Source of the DNA: Lophium mytilinum
Taxonomy: Eukaryota
Reading direction: 5' to 3'
Length of the DNA: 64,000 bases
NCBI GenBank assembly: GCA_010093605.1
Contig: MU004187.1
Coordinates: 992,001-1,056,000 of the forward strand
The notes under the pieces were generated by a model. The model made no database searches and had not been told where the DNA came from. It saw nothing but the letters and a program-made list of their open reading frames with translations. Positions 60,552 through 64,000 of this stretch are shown here, one piece after another. The position numbers were made by a program, and so were the translations under genes. Within the stretch, counting starts at the first letter, position 1. Each line of letters starts with the position of its first letter.

Positions 60552-62343
60552 ATGAACCATAATGAGCGTGGTATGGATTGGGCTGGTCGAGGCACCTCCC
60601 ATGTTGACTTTTCGAGAGATGAGACGATACCACTGGAGACAGGAAGGTTCCTAGGCCACGGAGTCAATGGCCCTGTCCATGAGACTGTTTGCAATGGTGT
60701 GAAACTGGCTTGGAAGAAGATTTATTGTCGAAATCGAATAACTTCGCAACACCGAAAGGAGATTGAGATAATTAAGAAACTGAAACACCGCCACATCATT
60801 GAACTTGTCGGGACGTATACCAAAGGCCCTTATCTCGGGCTCCTCTTGTGGCCGGTCGCTGTATGCGATCTTGGTACACTGCTCGAAAATTTGAATTACC
60901 TGAAGACTCGACTATCTGATCCCACTTTTATCTCCGCCAACGTTGACGCAGATATTGTAGAAAGTCAGTGTCATGCACTTGGTTATTCTGACACAGCAGA
61001 CTCGTTAATGCAAGAGCTCATGACATATCCACGTTGCATGGCCGCTGCAGTACGCTATCTCCACGGCCAAGACATCAAGCATAAAGACCTAAAGCCTTCG
61101 AACATTCTACTATTTCGTGACGGCCTTCGAATCACCGACTTTGGCACTTCCTCGGACATTTCCGCACTAGACAGCAGTGTGACTACGGGAGATGAGCGCG
61201 GAACTCCGAAGTACTTCGCCCCGGAGGTCGCCGCTTATGAACGAAGTGGGCGAGCGGCAGATGTATTTTCTCTTGGCTGCATTTTCTTCGAGATGATCAT
61301 GATGGCAAATACGGGATTTAGCTTAGACGATCTAAAGCATATGCGCCCCCGAGAAGATTGTTCCTTCCAGGCCAACTTATGGACCATCAAGGGTGCAATT
61401 CAGAGCGTAACTTGTGAAGGGAACCGAGGATTACAGCATTTGCTGTACTTGATCTACAGGATGCTTCAGGGAAGTGCAAAGCAGCGCCCTAATATTGCGG
61501 ATATACACATTGCTCTAGATCATTTCACTATCTTCTACCAGCAAGGAGTCTACTCTCAATTTGAGACTAGACGGGGACGTCGTTGCTGCCCATCCATCGA
61601 CAGCGATTATATCTACTGGCCAAAATCCTTCGAAAGATCTTCCTTCCCGTTTTCGATTGCAATCGCCGCGCACTCTGTCCAACCCCTAATCGGCGGTTTC
61701 GAAGTAGTGATCAAGGTTCAGTTTTCCAGAGCTGCCGTTATAGAGAGCGTCTCAATATATTCGGTCAGTACTTCGTTCAAATGCGTATGCTTCTCATAGG
61801 CGCCTTGTGACGGCAACGAAAGCTCCATGTTGCTGCCAAGTCGTTGAAGAGAACTCTGTTAATGTAGCTTCCGCAATGGCCTCCTCTAGGGGTTTTACAT
61901 ATTTCCCACATTATCTATACACTGTCTATACTTAAGTCATACCCTGATGATTTCTGCGGCATGAATCGATGAAGCTCTTAGCTGTACTCCGCTAACATCA
62001 ACTTTAGTACCCATCGAATGCATACCCATCTAATGTATTGAGAGTTCCGCAAGCTTGGCACCTCAACCATCCCCCATTTGAGTCAAAGGTGGATGTTGTG
62101 ACATCCCATATCATCGCCGTTCAATTCTTGCTTAAAGAAGACTATTGCTGGATATTCAAGACCACTGAAAATCCGCCGACGCCAGCACGCAGACGAGTAA
62201 CGACAATCGTGTGGGAACTGGATCCTGTGGCAAGAGAAAGCCTTCGCAGTTACGCAATGGTGGTAGAGGGCCCGTATGACCCTACGTTATCGGGATTCCA
62301 GATCCCGTTAGGCCTTCAGATGCTCAAAGGAGTTGAGACATAG
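60552..62343 (+). CDS. Ser/Thr protein kinase, probably with a second exon encoding a divergent YEATS-like domain
   Basis: Motifs LGHGVNGPV, LAWKK, HKDLKPSNIL, TDFG, GTPKYFAPE and DVFSLG. Phase-0 intron 61764-62007 (GTCAGT..GCTAAC..TTTAG). The unspliced ORF ends at 61799. Confidence 0.82.
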
Positions 62344-62957
62344 GAATAATAGCGTCCACGTCGCGACTTCTACCCAACAGGGACATATCAGAGATGCAGT
62401 CCATGAAAATCTACTTTACCTCCCATGAACGCACAGCACAAGGTCATGTTTCAGGCAGCGAAATCAGAGCTATCCTCTGACCTGACGACTTCCTAGTAGC
62501 AGGGAGGTAAAATAGACCGGCCCGGATATGCCCTTCGCTCGGATATGCCCTTCACATTCTCGTACGCCACTTTTAGGAGTACCTCCGTGGGGATTTCGAA
62601 AGTAAAGTGCAATGTCAAGTTTCACGCCCCGGAATCCTAGTTGCCTTTTGATGGAACAGCTGCCTGGTAGCAGGGCTACTCCTGAAAGTGGTATCGAGCT
62701 CCGGAAATCAGTGCTCAGGGAGATGTACTAATGTGGCCTAAAGCGAGACGGCTCAGGAGCTCAGTAGGGAAGCCGGCAAAGCAAAGCGCCTACTCCGATG
62801 AGCCATGCCAGGCCAGACACTCCTTTGTGAATAGTCTAGGACTTCTCATAAATCTGACATCACGAACCATGACGGAAAACATGCTAGATCGTACAAATTG
62901 AGAGTCTTCTGAATCATTGTAGCGTGCTGCATGTGAGGATCTACGACTGTAAAGATA

Positions 62958-63542
62958 GGACGAGCTTAATTACCACCCCCCCATTCTCTCCGTAGCACCC
63001 CCCTTTTCTCTTCCTAGCACCCCCCCTGCATTAAGCCTAGCTCCGGCCCGGATTAATGTTGTTTCACCAATTAAACTCACTTACTTGCCTCCGTATATTC
63101 TAGGCTGCAGTATCTTAAATAAGAGTCTATTTACTCTATCTACTCTAGCGACCGGCGGACTACTCTGCCAGCGGAAAGCGCCCTAGATGGCTACCGTCCG
63201 ATCTCTAACTAAATAGAATGCCAAATATACGTATACTAAGGCCTTACCCCAAATATCCTCCTACTACACCGGCTCCTTCACCACGGAACAGCCTCAGGCC
63301 TAGTTATTAATAAACTTTATACTATCCTCTATGGATGCATGTAGAGGAAGTAGTGTTATGTATTAAGAGTAAGTGCGCTAGTAATGTAAATTCTAAATTG
63401 TTTATAAGCAGGCAAGCGAATAAGTATAATTAGTGAAACAACATTAATCCGGGCCGGAGCTAGGCTTAATGTAGGGGGGGTGCTAGGAAGAGAAAAGGGG
63501 GGTGCTACGGAGAGAATGGGGGGGTGGTAATTAAGCTCGTCC
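62958..63542. mobile_element. Non-autonomous TIR element (MITE), 585 bp, Mutator-like (hAT not excluded)
   Basis: ~116-bp TIRs (62958-63073 / 63427-63542) beginning GGACGAGCTTAATT. 8-bp duplication TAAAGATA at 62950-62957 and 63543-63550. No ORF inside. Confidence 0.92.
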
Positions 63543-63786
63543 TAAAGATAACCACTTGCTACGTAGATGACTTTTGTTACTGCTTTCGGGGGACCGAGAC
63601 GATGAAGACCTAGACTTTCGATTTTACACGCCCCGAAAGACAATACCGAAGCAAACACTCAAAATCAAAAGCGCGAAAACACCGAAACCAGTTACCAAGC
63701 AACCCCGAACTTCCCACATCCCATGCTTCCACCACATCACCCCAAATCCTTCTCACACTCCTTGTTCACCCGCCTCTTCAGAATGC

Positions 63787-64000
63787 CTACGGCCCTTCAT
63801 TCACCTCTTCGCCCACCCTCCCCTTTAGTCTACCCCCAAAATTCACAGCATGCGCCGTTTCCCGCGTAGAAGCTGGCTCTGACGACGACGAAGTCGGAAG
63901 CAAAAGTTTCTCCTTCCAATCTACGACCGCAATCAGCTGCTCCCCAGTCCACTCCACATAATCCATCTCGAAACTCAAAAGCTCGCACAAGCCTGCTGTA
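63787..64000 (-). CDS. Possible 3' part of an unidentified gene entering from the right edge
   Basis: Open frame to the window end (LCELLSFEMDYVEWTGEQLIAVVDW). No motif recognised. Confidence 0.3.
   Translation of the reverse strand, partial: TAGLCELLSFEMDYVEWTGEQLIAVVDWKEKLLLPTSSSSEPASTRETAHAVNFGGRLKGRVGEEVNEGP

Overview
This is eukaryotic DNA from a filamentous ascomycete (Pezizomycotina, possibly a Dothideomycete). Short GT..CTRAC..YAG introns, a Zn2Cys6 factor and a HET-domain gene support this. About 17 protein-coding genes can be read: the 3' end of proline dehydrogenase, a 2-hydroxyacid dehydrogenase, a BTB protein, an SDR, a Zn2Cys6 transcription factor, a HOS2-like deacetylase head-to-head with a YNG2-like PHD protein, SPA2, a membrane-HET fusion, a purine-cytosine permease, a Caps_synth-type glycosyltransferase, an FAD monooxygenase, NPY1, COG2, mitochondrial L1, a RING protein, CYK3 and a protein kinase. 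There is also a 585-bp TIR element with an 8-bp target-site duplication. The most unusual features are four. (1) A ~13.8-kb gene-free block (821-14680) holds eight non-tandem copies of a ~29-nt hairpin-forming motif, plus one inverted copy ~7 kb away. (2) At least six unrelated repeat families share a 160-171 bp (nucleosome-like) period. (3) The kinase appears to splice onto a divergent YEATS-like domain that the ORF track hides. (4) A HET domain is fused behind a multi-pass membrane region. Gene identities come from recalled motifs only, no database search was run, and exon boundaries were placed by eye.
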